Assembly: GCA_051532055.1 (NCBI GenBank)
Contig: JAOPTX010000073.1
Location: 1-14,009 of the forward strand
Origin: Fibrobacterales bacterium
Lineage (GTDB): Bacteria > Fibrobacterota > Fibrobacteria > Fibrobacterales > JAOPTW01
Length of the DNA stretch: 14,009 nucleotides
Reading direction: 5' to 3'
The notes beneath the pieces were generated by a model, which saw only the letters and a program-made list of their open reading frames with translations, had not been told where the DNA came from and ran no database searches. Both the position numbers and the translations under genes were made by a program. How positions within the stretch are numbered: the first letter of the stretch is position 1; each line of letters opens with the position of its first letter. Shown here one piece after another: positions 1 through 7,876 of this stretch.

Positions 1-981
1 AGGCTTACTGCATCTGCTGGTATGTCTCTGCTATTAATTGCCCTCTGCCCTATCTTAGTATCAACCATTCATGAAGGCCGGATTGGGTGGTTTCCCTATG
101 CTTTTATTGCAATGCAATCAATTGGATTTTCAGTTGAGCGGCACATACTTCAGCTCAGCCAAGCCCTCCAGCACTTTACCCTCTACTCAATCATCTCATC
201 GGGAGCACGAATATTAAAATTCATCATGATATTCATGTTATATTATTTTGATTCATTACAGTTACTATCTACGCTCATGGCATTGATTGTCACTCAGTTC
301 ATCGCATTGATTCCCGGTATGGGCCTCATATGGAAATCTTTGACCACACCGACTGAAACCCAGTGGTTCACTGCTATTCTAACCTATTCTCGTTGGATCG
401 TCGCAACAGAAGCATCATTTTTTCTTGGTACTCGCGCGAACCTCTTTATGCTGAGTTCTTTTTTTGACGCTGCATTTATTGGGGCATGGGCACTTGCTGA
501 GACTATGATCCAAGCACTCACAATGGTCTCTCAATCAGTTAATGCGGTCTTTTCGCCTAAAGTTATATCCGCAAATACAACAGTATCAATGGCCTCCTGG
601 AAAAAGACAACATCCCTATTGTCAATAGTATATGCCAGTGTAATCGCCCTGAGCGCTCTCTGTATCGGACCAGTGATTATGAGTGCTGTCGGTGAAAGCT
701 ACACAGCAAGTATTACACTCTATACCCTGATGCTCCCTGCTGTATGGATAACCATGTCATCAACCTATTCAGTACTCTATTTGCATCGAGCAGGGGTTCC
801 CCACAGGCTCTTTTTTATGGAACTCGTTACCGCCTGTGGATTGCTGCTTGGAAATTCCATCTTTATCCCTTGGGGTGAACAGTATGGAGCTATTGCTGCA
901 GTGACGCTATCTCGAATGGCATATGGGGCATATGTAGTATACTATACCCGGAAAAGTATTCTCAACGAGACGAATCATTAA
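1..981 (+). CDS. Polysaccharide/oligosaccharide flippase (Wzx-like, MOP/MATE superfamily), 5'-truncated by the window edge
   Basis: The frame is open from base 1 (RLTASAG-M...), so the true start is probably upstream. The protein has many hydrophobic helices and Wzx-like segments (LTYSRWIVATEASFFLGTRANLFMLSSFF..IGAWALAETMIQ, VFSPKVIS, IFIPWGEQYGAIAAVTLS). It sits beside glycosyltransferase genes. Confidence 0.8.
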   Translation, partial: RLTASAGMSLLLIALCPILVSTIHEGRIGWFPYAFIAMQSIGFSVERHILQLSQALQHFTLYSIISSGARILKFIMIFMLYYFDSLQLLSTLMALIVTQFIALIPGMGLIWKSLTTPTETQWFTAILTYSRWIVATEASFFLGTRANLFMLSSFFDAAFIGAWALAETMIQALTMVSQSVNAVFSPKVISANTTVSMASWKKTTSLLSIVYASVIALSALCIGPVIMSAVGESYTASITLYTLMLPAVWITMSSTYSVLYLHRAGVPHRLFFMELVTACGLLLGNSIFIPWGEQYGAIAAVTLSRMAYGAYVVYYTRKSILNETNH

Positions 982-1980
982 CTATTCAACGGTACTTTCA
1001 AGTGCAATTGTGGTTAATGATTCCCGTCTGCTCGCTTTATGTGCATACATCTCCTGATCTGCTACTGCAATTAGATCAATGGGACTGTGTACATGAGATT
1101 CTGCAAGGCCGTAACTCAGTGATACCCCTGTAACGTCGTCTGGTAAAAAGTTCGACACATCATCAAGTATCCGTTGAATTAATACCTGAGCGCCATTCAG
1201 ATCAGTGTCAGGTAGGAGTAACAAAAATTCATCACCTCCATATCTCCCACCACTGTCACACCGTCTCAGTTGACGCCGAATTGAATCTGCAACACTCATA
1301 ATTACCCGATCTCCTACCAAATGTCCAAAGGTGTCATTAATAGCCTTAAAATTATCTACATCAAGAATAGCAAGGGTACACTTAGTCCCCTGTCTCTTTG
1401 CTCGCGCCAGCTCTGTACCTACCTGTTCTATTGATGCCTCATGATTAAGAAGTCCAGTCATTTTGTCGTGTATCACTTCCTCTTTCAATGCTTTGTTTTC
1501 ATGAAACAATCGATATACCATCTTATGCAGGTTCTTCTTATTCTTTTTTAAATTGTCCATTGATTCAAAATTTTTCAATTCTATTCTATAATTCTCCAAG
1601 CCCTCACGTATGAATGATACAAGCTCGTTATTATCCCATGGTTTTACTGCTATTTTAAATGGCGACCCCTGATTGATCAAAGAAGTCAACATCGACTGTT
1701 CTGAATATGCAGTAAGCATTACCCGTGTCACCATTGGATACTCATCTCTTACCTTATGTAAAAACTCTATACCATCCATACCCGGCATGCGATAATCTGA
1801 GAGCACCAACCCAATTTCATGGTAACTTAGTAATGCCAAACCTTCATGTGCATTTGAAGCAGTATAAACTGCAATATCTTCAAATTCAAGAATTCTCTGC
1901 AACGATCGTCGTACACCACCCTCATCATCTACTACTAAAACGGGAAAAAGCCTTGTTTTCAAGGCTGTTGACTTTTTCAT
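982..1980 (-). CDS. Response-regulator diguanylate cyclase (REC - coiled coil - GGDEF)
   Basis: REC motifs VLVVDDE, LVLSDYRMPGMDG (phospho-Asp), MLTAYS and KPW. GGDEF-domain motifs DKMTGLLN, ILDVDNFKAINDTFGHLVGD, RYGGDEF with I-site RRCD, and ADQEMYAHK. RBS AAGGAGG lies 5 nt before the ATG. Confidence 0.95.
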   Translation of the reverse strand: MKKSTALKTRLFPVLVVDDEGGVRRSLQRILEFEDIAVYTASNAHEGLALLSYHEIGLVLSDYRMPGMDGIEFLHKVRDEYPMVTRVMLTAYSEQSMLTSLINQGSPFKIAVKPWDNNELVSFIREGLENYRIELKNFESMDNLKKNKKNLHKMVYRLFHENKALKEEVIHDKMTGLLNHEASIEQVGTELARAKRQGTKCTLAILDVDNFKAINDTFGHLVGDRVIMSVADSIRRQLRRCDSGGRYGGDEFLLLLPDTDLNGAQVLIQRILDDVSNFLPDDVTGVSLSYGLAESHVHSPIDLIAVADQEMYAHKASRRESLTTIALESTVE

Positions 1981-1997
1981 AGTTACCTCCTTACCTG

Positions 1998-3170
1998 TTA
2001 CAATCGATCACCTACAACCTTCTGTATCTGGTTCATAAGGATAGTCCGATTATACTGTTTTAAAAATCGACCTTTTGAATTTTCTGCAATCTGTTTCCAT
2101 TCAGTACTATTTTGTAACACTCGAACCACATGCTCAGCAAAAACGTCTGGAGTATCCGCAATCAATAAATCATTACCATTTTTAAAGTTCAATCCCTCCG
2201 CTCCCTTTTTAGTACTCACCACTGGAAGCCCTACTCGTGCAGACTCTATTATTTTAATTCGGGTCCCCGACCCCATTCTGAGTGGTACAATACTCAACGA
2301 TGCCTCATTAATCACTGCCCCAACATCAGGTACAAATCCGGTGCAGTAAGCCCCTTCAATACTTTCAACTTTTTTCAAAAGCGAAGCATCCGGGTCTTTA
2401 CCAACTATTGCAAATCTAACTCTCGGTATCTGTTGCTGTATCGTAGGATATATCTGGTCCAGAAAAAAATGGCAGGCATCGATATTGGGGTGCCAATTCA
2501 TAGTTCCACTGTATACAATAAGGGGATTTTGATCGTTGAACGCGACCTCAATATCGTTACTCTGTGCTGCTTCAGCACAGGTATTTTCAATTATTTTACA
2601 TTTTTTCTGTAGCCCTTCATCAAGTAATAGTTTGTCTACTGCACTACATACACTCAAAATAGATGCTCGGTACATTGCATTATTTTCGTATACAGCCAAT
2701 TTACCAACCTCTTTTTTAACAAGAGACTTCATAAAAGTACGCTTATATTTATGTTCATATTCTTGGTATATAATATGTTCAATATTATGTTGATCCAGCC
2801 ATATAGGTACCGGGCACTGATGAGGAACATTAACAATAGCAGGAAGTGCTTCAGCTATGATCAAATCATACCTATCTCTATTGATAATAGAAGAAAGAAA
2901 TTGGGTGACTCTGGTATTCTTAAATCTCTGTACATACACTGATTTTTTGTTAGAAAGCGCAGCCTGAATCATAGCAAGACGTGACCATCGGTTTTTTTTA
3001 AATAGAAAAACCTGATTAAAAATGGCTGGCAATTGTTCACCTTCATACTCTTGTATAAGCATATCTACGGTGTGTGTGTGCGCAAGTGCCTCAATGAAGA
3101 GTGAATTTCTAACCGCTACGCCACTGGTCTTAGGAAATGGCGAGTGATTGCTGATGATAAGTATCCGCAT
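1998..3170 (-). CDS. Glycosyltransferase family 4 (GT-B); start revised to MRILIISNHSPFP (390 aa)
   Basis: N-terminal MRILII...PFPKTSGVAVR, IWLDQHNIE, YSGTMNWHPNIDA, and VPLRMGSGTRIKIIESARVGLPVVSTKKGAEGL, typical of EPS-associated GT4s. GGAGG RBS lies just upstream of the ATG at 3170, whereas the ORF-track start at 3290 is deep inside the upstream gene. Confidence 0.9.
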   Translation of the reverse strand: MRILIISNHSPFPKTSGVAVRNSLFIEALAHTHTVDMLIQEYEGEQLPAIFNQVFLFKKNRWSRLAMIQAALSNKKSVYVQRFKNTRVTQFLSSIINRDRYDLIIAEALPAIVNVPHQCPVPIWLDQHNIEHIIYQEYEHKYKRTFMKSLVKKEVGKLAVYENNAMYRASILSVCSAVDKLLLDEGLQKKCKIIENTCAEAAQSNDIEVAFNDQNPLIVYSGTMNWHPNIDACHFFLDQIYPTIQQQIPRVRFAIVGKDPDASLLKKVESIEGAYCTGFVPDVGAVINEASLSIVPLRMGSGTRIKIIESARVGLPVVSTKKGAEGLNFKNGNDLLIADTPDVFAEHVVRVLQNSTEWKQIAENSKGRFLKQYNRTILMNQIQKVVGDRL

Positions 3171-4254
3171 AAGTCCTCCGATATATGTCATGGGTAAGGG
3201 CATGTTGTATTTCCGCATCAAAGTCTCTCTGTACCAAATATCGTAACGTTTGCCCCATACGTTCCATATCTTTTTTGTGTGAACAGGCATATTCCATACA
3301 CGCTCCGAGCCCCTCTACGTCTTCTGATTCAAACAGCAGTCCAGTCTCGTGATCAAATATTATTTCTCTCGTACCAGAAACTGCACTTGCTATGACGGGT
3401 TTTCCCCATTGACTTGCTTCAAGGACAACCAAAGGAAATCCTTCAAATCGTGATGGTAGTATCAGTACATCGATCTCATTAAAAAAAGCCTCAATCGACT
3501 CTACATGCCCAAGAAAAGTTACCTGATTATCAATGGAAAGTAACTGAGATAGATCATGAAGCGAAGTTTCCAATTCGCCAGAACCACCAATGAGCACTGA
3601 ACAATTTCTTCCCTTTTGTTTTAAAATATTGACTGATTTCAACATTACATCAACCCCTTTCTGATGTGAAAGCCTCCCTAGAAACCCAAACCGAATAGGT
3701 TGTTGTTCCAATAGTTCTTTAGATTCCTTTTCAATTGGCTCTATTCCATTGTATACAACAGATATTTTCTCTTCGGGTACCCCCTTATAATACATATAGT
3801 GTAATGCCACTGCTTTTGAAACAGCTATATAATGAGTAACGCAACTCCAACCAAGTAACGTATCAAAAAGATAGAACAGCTTCTTTAGTCCCTGTCTCCA
3901 ATTATCCTCTAGGTGAATCGTTTCAAGAATAACCGGTATACCTGCCAATTTACCCATTGGCCCTCCTACACGAGTTGCAGGGTAGAGCTGACAATGTAAT
4001 ACGTCGAGTCTACATTTTTTTAAAAGAGTATAGAATGACCACACCCCCTTGACATCAAATAAACTCCTTGGGGCACCCCCATAAATTGTTACCCCTGTAC
4101 AATCATTGAGTTCTTCTATAATTCTCATTTTCAAAATTGAGGTACAAAAAATAGTAACCTGATACCCCTTGAAATAGGAGTTTCGCACAAGATCCATAGT
4201 ATGTGTTTCAACTCCCCCCCATTCTATTCCATTAAGCAAATGTCCTATGTGCAT
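3130..4254 (-). CDS. Glycosyltransferase family 4 (GT-B, RfaB/PimA-like); start revised to MHIGHLL
   Basis: WGGVE N-terminal motif, VVYNGI, FLGRLSHQKG, EX7E motif PSRFEGFPLVVLEA, and GKPVIASAVSGTREII. AGGAGG (4265-4260) is 5 nt before the ATG at 4254. Confidence 0.92.
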   Translation of the reverse strand: MHIGHLLNGIEWGGVETHTMDLVRNSYFKGYQVTIFCTSILKMRIIEELNDCTGVTIYGGAPRSLFDVKGVWSFYTLLKKCRLDVLHCQLYPATRVGGPMGKLAGIPVILETIHLEDNWRQGLKKLFYLFDTLLGWSCVTHYIAVSKAVALHYMYYKGVPEEKISVVYNGIEPIEKESKELLEQQPIRFGFLGRLSHQKGVDVMLKSVNILKQKGRNCSVLIGGSGELETSLHDLSQLLSIDNQVTFLGHVESIEAFFNEIDVLILPSRFEGFPLVVLEASQWGKPVIASAVSGTREIIFDHETGLLFESEDVEGLGACMEYACSHKKDMERMGQTLRYLVQRDFDAEIQHALTHDIYRRTYADTYHQQSLAIS

Positions 4255-4263
4255 ACACACCTC

Positions 4264-5286
4264 CTAAACATTTTTACAGAGCTGTTTCCAGCTCGAATAC
4301 ATATTATGTTCAAACAACTCATCTGGATTAAAGAACTCCTTTAATGCTTCTCTTCTGATGACCGCCGATGGTGGTAATATCAACCCAAAGTGTGAACCGA
4401 TATATAAACTAAGAAAAGGAGCATGATATACATCTCGCAAATAATGCGTAAGAGTACTTATCCTTGATCTTGATTGCATATAGTTTTGATAAGCAGATTC
4501 AGTATTAACGGGTTTATCATCGATACCCATACATTTCCAAAACACTTCACTTATAGTAATTTTCAACACATCTACATACTTTTGGAAATTCTTCGCTATT
4601 TGTGAATAGACAGCTCTATCGCCCGTCAGTTTATAGCGTAATGCACTACAAGCATACTGTTCAAACAATTCCTGTCTTTGAGTATTCTGAAACCCCCTGT
4701 TTAAATACCCCTCGTCAATCCAGCTATATCGTTTCCGGTATGATGCCGTATAGCAACCGCGATGTAACATTTGTATTGATACAACATCACAATATAATTT
4801 GACTAATGAATAAGGGTCCTTTCGATTATTAAACTCCACAATCCGATTTGTCAATAAATCAATAAGATCATTATCCGGAATTGCCTGTCCTCTAAAACGC
4901 AAAAAATGATTAAAATTATTAGCACCTGAACTCCAGAGAACTCTATTATACTCTGCCGCGTCGATAAGCCACTGTTTTGGTGCAAAGCTTATAAAAGTCT
5001 TTTCGATTGTACCTGATATCGATACATCTATTGTAATCCCTTCATCAAAATAAAGAGCAGCTTGTATGTGAGAAATAACCTCCTGAATATTCTTGTCATC
5101 AGAAATAAGATAGCACTCCACATCGCTTCTCCACTCCCCTGACACACTATCTATTGTCAATTCACCACGAGCCGCACTTCCTATTAAATAAAAGGTATGC
5201 CAATGCTCTTCGGTGCACTCCTGCTTCACTATAGATGTAATCAGACTTAATTGTTCATCTATGAGATATCTATTATTCTGCTGCAT
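4264..5286 (-). CDS. Pol-beta-superfamily nucleotidyltransferase-like protein with helical C-terminal domain, function unknown; start revised to MQQNNRY (340 aa)
   Basis: FYLIGSAARGE...WRSDVECYLI fits the hG[GS]...Dh[DE]h NTase signature, with a candidate third acid in ITIDV. A GAGGT RBS precedes the ATG at 5286, which overlaps the GT2 stop by 14 nt. Confidence 0.7.
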   Translation of the reverse strand: MQQNNRYLIDEQLSLITSIVKQECTEEHWHTFYLIGSAARGELTIDSVSGEWRSDVECYLISDDKNIQEVISHIQAALYFDEGITIDVSISGTIEKTFISFAPKQWLIDAAEYNRVLWSSGANNFNHFLRFRGQAIPDNDLIDLLTNRIVEFNNRKDPYSLVKLYCDVVSIQMLHRGCYTASYRKRYSWIDEGYLNRGFQNTQRQELFEQYACSALRYKLTGDRAVYSQIAKNFQKYVDVLKITISEVFWKCMGIDDKPVNTESAYQNYMQSRSRISTLTHYLRDVYHAPFLSLYIGSHFGLILPPSAVIRREALKEFFNPDELFEHNMYSSWKQLCKNV

Positions 5287-6523
5287 AAGTGACCTCGAGT
5301 GTATTGGTATCACTTTTACCCCATAAAACTGATTGCTCAGAAAATAGGTATTTACTAAAACCAACCATTGATGCCACATTTGTAATAGTAAAATACAGTG
5401 GCAAAGCACAGGCCTTCTGGAGCATGCGATTGGGCACCCCTATCATCCCGAGCCCTGCAAGTGCATAGAACAGTACTTGCGCACCAACAAAATAAAGATA
5501 TCCTCCATAAAAAAAGGAGAGTATCACACTAACCACTAGAAGTATAGGCAATAAAAACCCAGATAAACTCCGTAGTAATTTATGTGAAACCAGTTGCATA
5601 GCAGTAAAATACTGGTGTACCTTTAATAGTTGCGGTATTTCAGGGATCATTTGAAAATTTCCCATTGCAATTCTACATCGTCTCGAAAATTCTCCTTGTA
5701 CATCGGTGTCCACATACTCACAGGCTACCGCCTTAGGTTCACTATGTACATCAAAGCCTTTTTCTATGATTTGTAGTGGTATAAAGAAATCATCATTTAC
5801 AATATTCTCCTTCCAAACAATTGTTTTAAACAAATCTTTACGAACCGCATAGAGGGCCCCTGTTGCATGTGTTGTACTACGCAAATCACTTTCTAACTTT
5901 CTAATACCCATTTCATATCGCCAATATATCCCTTCTCCACTTCCTCGAGAAGAGTGAAATTTATTGACCTTTTTATAAACTCCAGTAACACACCCAACAG
6001 AGCTGTCCCTAAAATGACCAATGAGATGATCAATGGTATGGTGTCCAATCATAGCCGCAGAATCTGAAAACACAATGATATCACCTTCAGCTTGTTCAGA
6101 TGCTTTAATCATTGATTTAAGTTTTCCTAACCGTTCCGGATTATGAATAACAGAGATATTTTGAGAAACATGTTTAGTAATCTCTTCACCAGTAGTATCA
6201 TCAGAACAATCATTTACCATAATCAGACTCAATTTAGGAGAAGCATAGGTCAAAGACTTAAAGTTGTGAACTTTTTCTCTAATCACGCCTGCTTCATTGT
6301 AACAGGGAACTATCATGGTTACTTGTGGATCATTTTTTAATATACGTCGTTGCACTCCATTGTTAAAGGCCTCACGTAGTTTCTGTAAGTAATCTGACGA
6401 ATGCAACATTCGTCGAACTACAGAATGTTTTGCACACCAAAGTAATATTGGATAGAGTACATATACATATACTAAAATCCCCATACCCGTTACAACAATT
6501 CCATTTAAAATATTGAGTGTCAT
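5273..6523 (-). CDS. Membrane glycosyltransferase family 2 (cellulose-synthase-like / PgaC-IcaA-like group)
   Basis: N-terminal TM helix; IVPCYNEA, VNDCSDDTT, GKLKSM, IVFSD, YWRYE, TGALYAVRK, NDDF and EFSRRCRIAMG (QxxRW-position variant); C-terminal TM helices after SHKLLR. RBS AAGGAG, with an ATGA overlap with the wecA stop. Confidence 0.92.
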   Translation of the reverse strand: MTLNILNGIVVTGMGILVYVYVLYPILLWCAKHSVVRRMLHSSDYLQKLREAFNNGVQRRILKNDPQVTMIVPCYNEAGVIREKVHNFKSLTYASPKLSLIMVNDCSDDTTGEEITKHVSQNISVIHNPERLGKLKSMIKASEQAEGDIIVFSDSAAMIGHHTIDHLIGHFRDSSVGCVTGVYKKVNKFHSSRGSGEGIYWRYEMGIRKLESDLRSTTHATGALYAVRKDLFKTIVWKENIVNDDFFIPLQIIEKGFDVHSEPKAVACEYVDTDVQGEFSRRCRIAMGNFQMIPEIPQLLKVHQYFTAMQLVSHKLLRSLSGFLLPILLVVSVILSFFYGGYLYFVGAQVLFYALAGLGMIGVPNRMLQKACALPLYFTITNVASMVGFSKYLFSEQSVLWGKSDTNTLEVTYAAE

Positions 6524-7674
6524 ACTTTCTCCTTAATTGAAGTGATAATATCTCTATTTTTTTTATTCTGTAGCATACCTGCCCTCCCATTAAAAAGAGT
6601 CGAGCGGAATACAAATCGTGACTGATTGAATGTCAATTCCTCATCCAAACGATTTTGGGTATTTTTTGAGTTACTTTGATTACGTTCCAATAGAAACAAT
6701 ACTGCATAGTTCACAGAATAAAAAAGGACGCCCACAGTAGCTGCTACCGCTACAGAGTACCGGTTCAACAGAATGATAAGAATCAGACTCCACAGCGCAC
6801 TTATTATGCCAATGCATTCCACCGTATTACAATGTCCCAAAAACACCTGTACCCGATGGTGTATATGATTCCTATCTGGTTTCATTATTGAATGTCCATT
6901 CATAGCTCTTCTTAGCATAACAACCCCAACATCAACAACAGGTATAGAAAGCAACAAGGGCATCCATCCTACTACCACAGATAGCGAACTACCATTTTGA
7001 TTCTGTATCTGTGCAAAAAGCCAAAATAGAACACCACCCATCCACAATGAGCCCGCATCTCCCATAAACATTTTGGCAGGGTGTGTATTTATAAGAATAA
7101 ACGGAATGCAAGCCACCATTGCATAGAGACTATATTCCGCAATTGGTGTATTCCCCCCGGAAACCCCCAGGTACATTACTACTGCGAAGAGCGAGAGACT
7201 CATACGTACTGCTAATCCGTCGAGTCCATCAATAAGATTCATAGAGTTTATAGCTCCAATGCCTACAACAGTATAAAAACCCCATGAGAGTATGAATGTA
7301 GCCAGAGAGCTATATGACTCCCCGACTAATGCATCAAAACAGATAAGCTGTATTGCTGCACATTGAAAAAGCAATTTAATTGAAGACCGCATTCCTTTTG
7401 CATCATCTATTAAACCAACAATAAATAATAAATACAGCCCAGTGATCGAAAACCAATAACGGTGGAGCTCTTCGATAATCACAAACCCGTAAGACATACC
7501 CGCACACAATATTAATCCACCAAGATACGGTGTCACCTTACCATGTAATTTCCTTTTCCGGTCTGGTTTGTCTACTATGTCAAACCTCTTTGAAATCCAA
7601 AATGCTATAGGAATTGTTATTAAACCAACGCCTATAACGCCTAATATTCTCAATACTGTTTGTGTACTATCCAT
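6520..7674 (-). CDS. wecA: Undecaprenyl-phosphate alpha-N-acetylhexosamine-1-phosphate transferase (WecA/TagO, MraY family); start revised to MDSTQTV (384 aa)
   Basis: DKPDRKRKLHGKVTPYLGG, GLIDD, NSMNLIDGLDGLA, NTHPAKMFMGDAGS and PDRNHIHH (WecA-type HIHH). GGAGG RBS at 7683-7679. The sigma54 promoter at 7712-7697 argues against the 7731 TTG start. Confidence 0.9.
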   Translation of the reverse strand: MDSTQTVLRILGVIGVGLITIPIAFWISKRFDIVDKPDRKRKLHGKVTPYLGGLILCAGMSYGFVIIEELHRYWFSITGLYLLFIVGLIDDAKGMRSSIKLLFQCAAIQLICFDALVGESYSSLATFILSWGFYTVVGIGAINSMNLIDGLDGLAVRMSLSLFAVVMYLGVSGGNTPIAEYSLYAMVACIPFILINTHPAKMFMGDAGSLWMGGVLFWLFAQIQNQNGSSLSVVVGWMPLLLSIPVVDVGVVMLRRAMNGHSIMKPDRNHIHHRVQVFLGHCNTVECIGIISALWSLILIILLNRYSVAVAATVGVLFYSVNYAVLFLLERNQSNSKNTQNRLDEELTFNQSRFVFRSTLFNGRAGMLQNKKNRDIITSIKEKV

Positions 7675-7696
7675 ATTCCCTCCACAGGTAGCGTAT

Positions 7697-7712
7697 TGCA
7701 AAATGAGTGCCA
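7697..7712 (-). promoter_or_regulatory. Sigma54 (-24/-12) promoter of the wecA-to-DGC operon
   Basis: The minus strand reads TGGCAC-TCATT-TTGCA, an exact match to TGGCAC-N5-TTGCW. The predicted +1 near 7686 lies just before the RBS and ATG of wecA. Confidence 0.88.
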
Positions 7713-7757
7713 ATCTATTTGAGTTCAACAAACGGCTCGTTTGGCTATATACCGATT

Positions 7758-7807
7758 TTAATTTGAGTTATTAGAGTGTCATTTTGATTGAGTACTTTCA
7801 ATTTGAG
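7758..7807. promoter_or_regulatory. Putative upstream activator sequences: three phased TCA-WWW-TGA-like boxes
   Basis: TTAATTTGA (7758), TCATTTTGA (7779) and TCAATTTGA (7798), spaced 21 and 19 bp, centred between the two sigma54 promoters. Confidence 0.5.
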
Positions 7808-7860
7808 AGTCAGATCACTTCTAAATATTAATTACTTGCCCGTTGTTGCTCAAATAGTAG

Positions 7861-7876
7861 TGGTATGAAATTTGCA
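7861..7876 (+). promoter_or_regulatory. Sigma54 (-24/-12) promoter of the phosphodiesterase-fold gene
   Basis: TGGTAT-GAAAT-TTGCA has the invariant GG and GC at exact spacing. Predicted +1 near 7887, followed by AGGAGG (7897-7902) and the ATG at 7908. Confidence 0.8.

Noticed and set aside
2992..3080. T8 run (2992-2999) and (TG)5 repeat (3071-3080) in the GT4 gene as phase-variation tracts
   Set aside because: They are short, A/T runs are expected in AT-rich DNA, the repeat simply encodes HTHT, and the frame is intact.
4264..5286. NTase as a CBASS cyclase or MNT-HEPN antitoxin
   Set aside because: There is no adjacent effector, Cap or HEPN toxin gene, and it is translationally coupled to glycosyltransferases. 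Not excluded, but unsupported.
7742..7757. TGGCTA as a third sigma54 -24 box
   Set aside because: No TTGC at the required spacing (reads CGATT).
7777..7789. IHF site (AATCAA on the minus strand)
   Set aside because: It lacks the downstream TTR of WATCAANNNNTTR and is better explained as part of the palindromic box.
7715..7857. Inverted repeat as an invertible promoter switch or IS/MITE ends
   Set aside because: Only 9 bp are perfect, there is no recombinase or transposase in the window, no target duplication is visible, and the promoter cores lie outside the segment that would flip.
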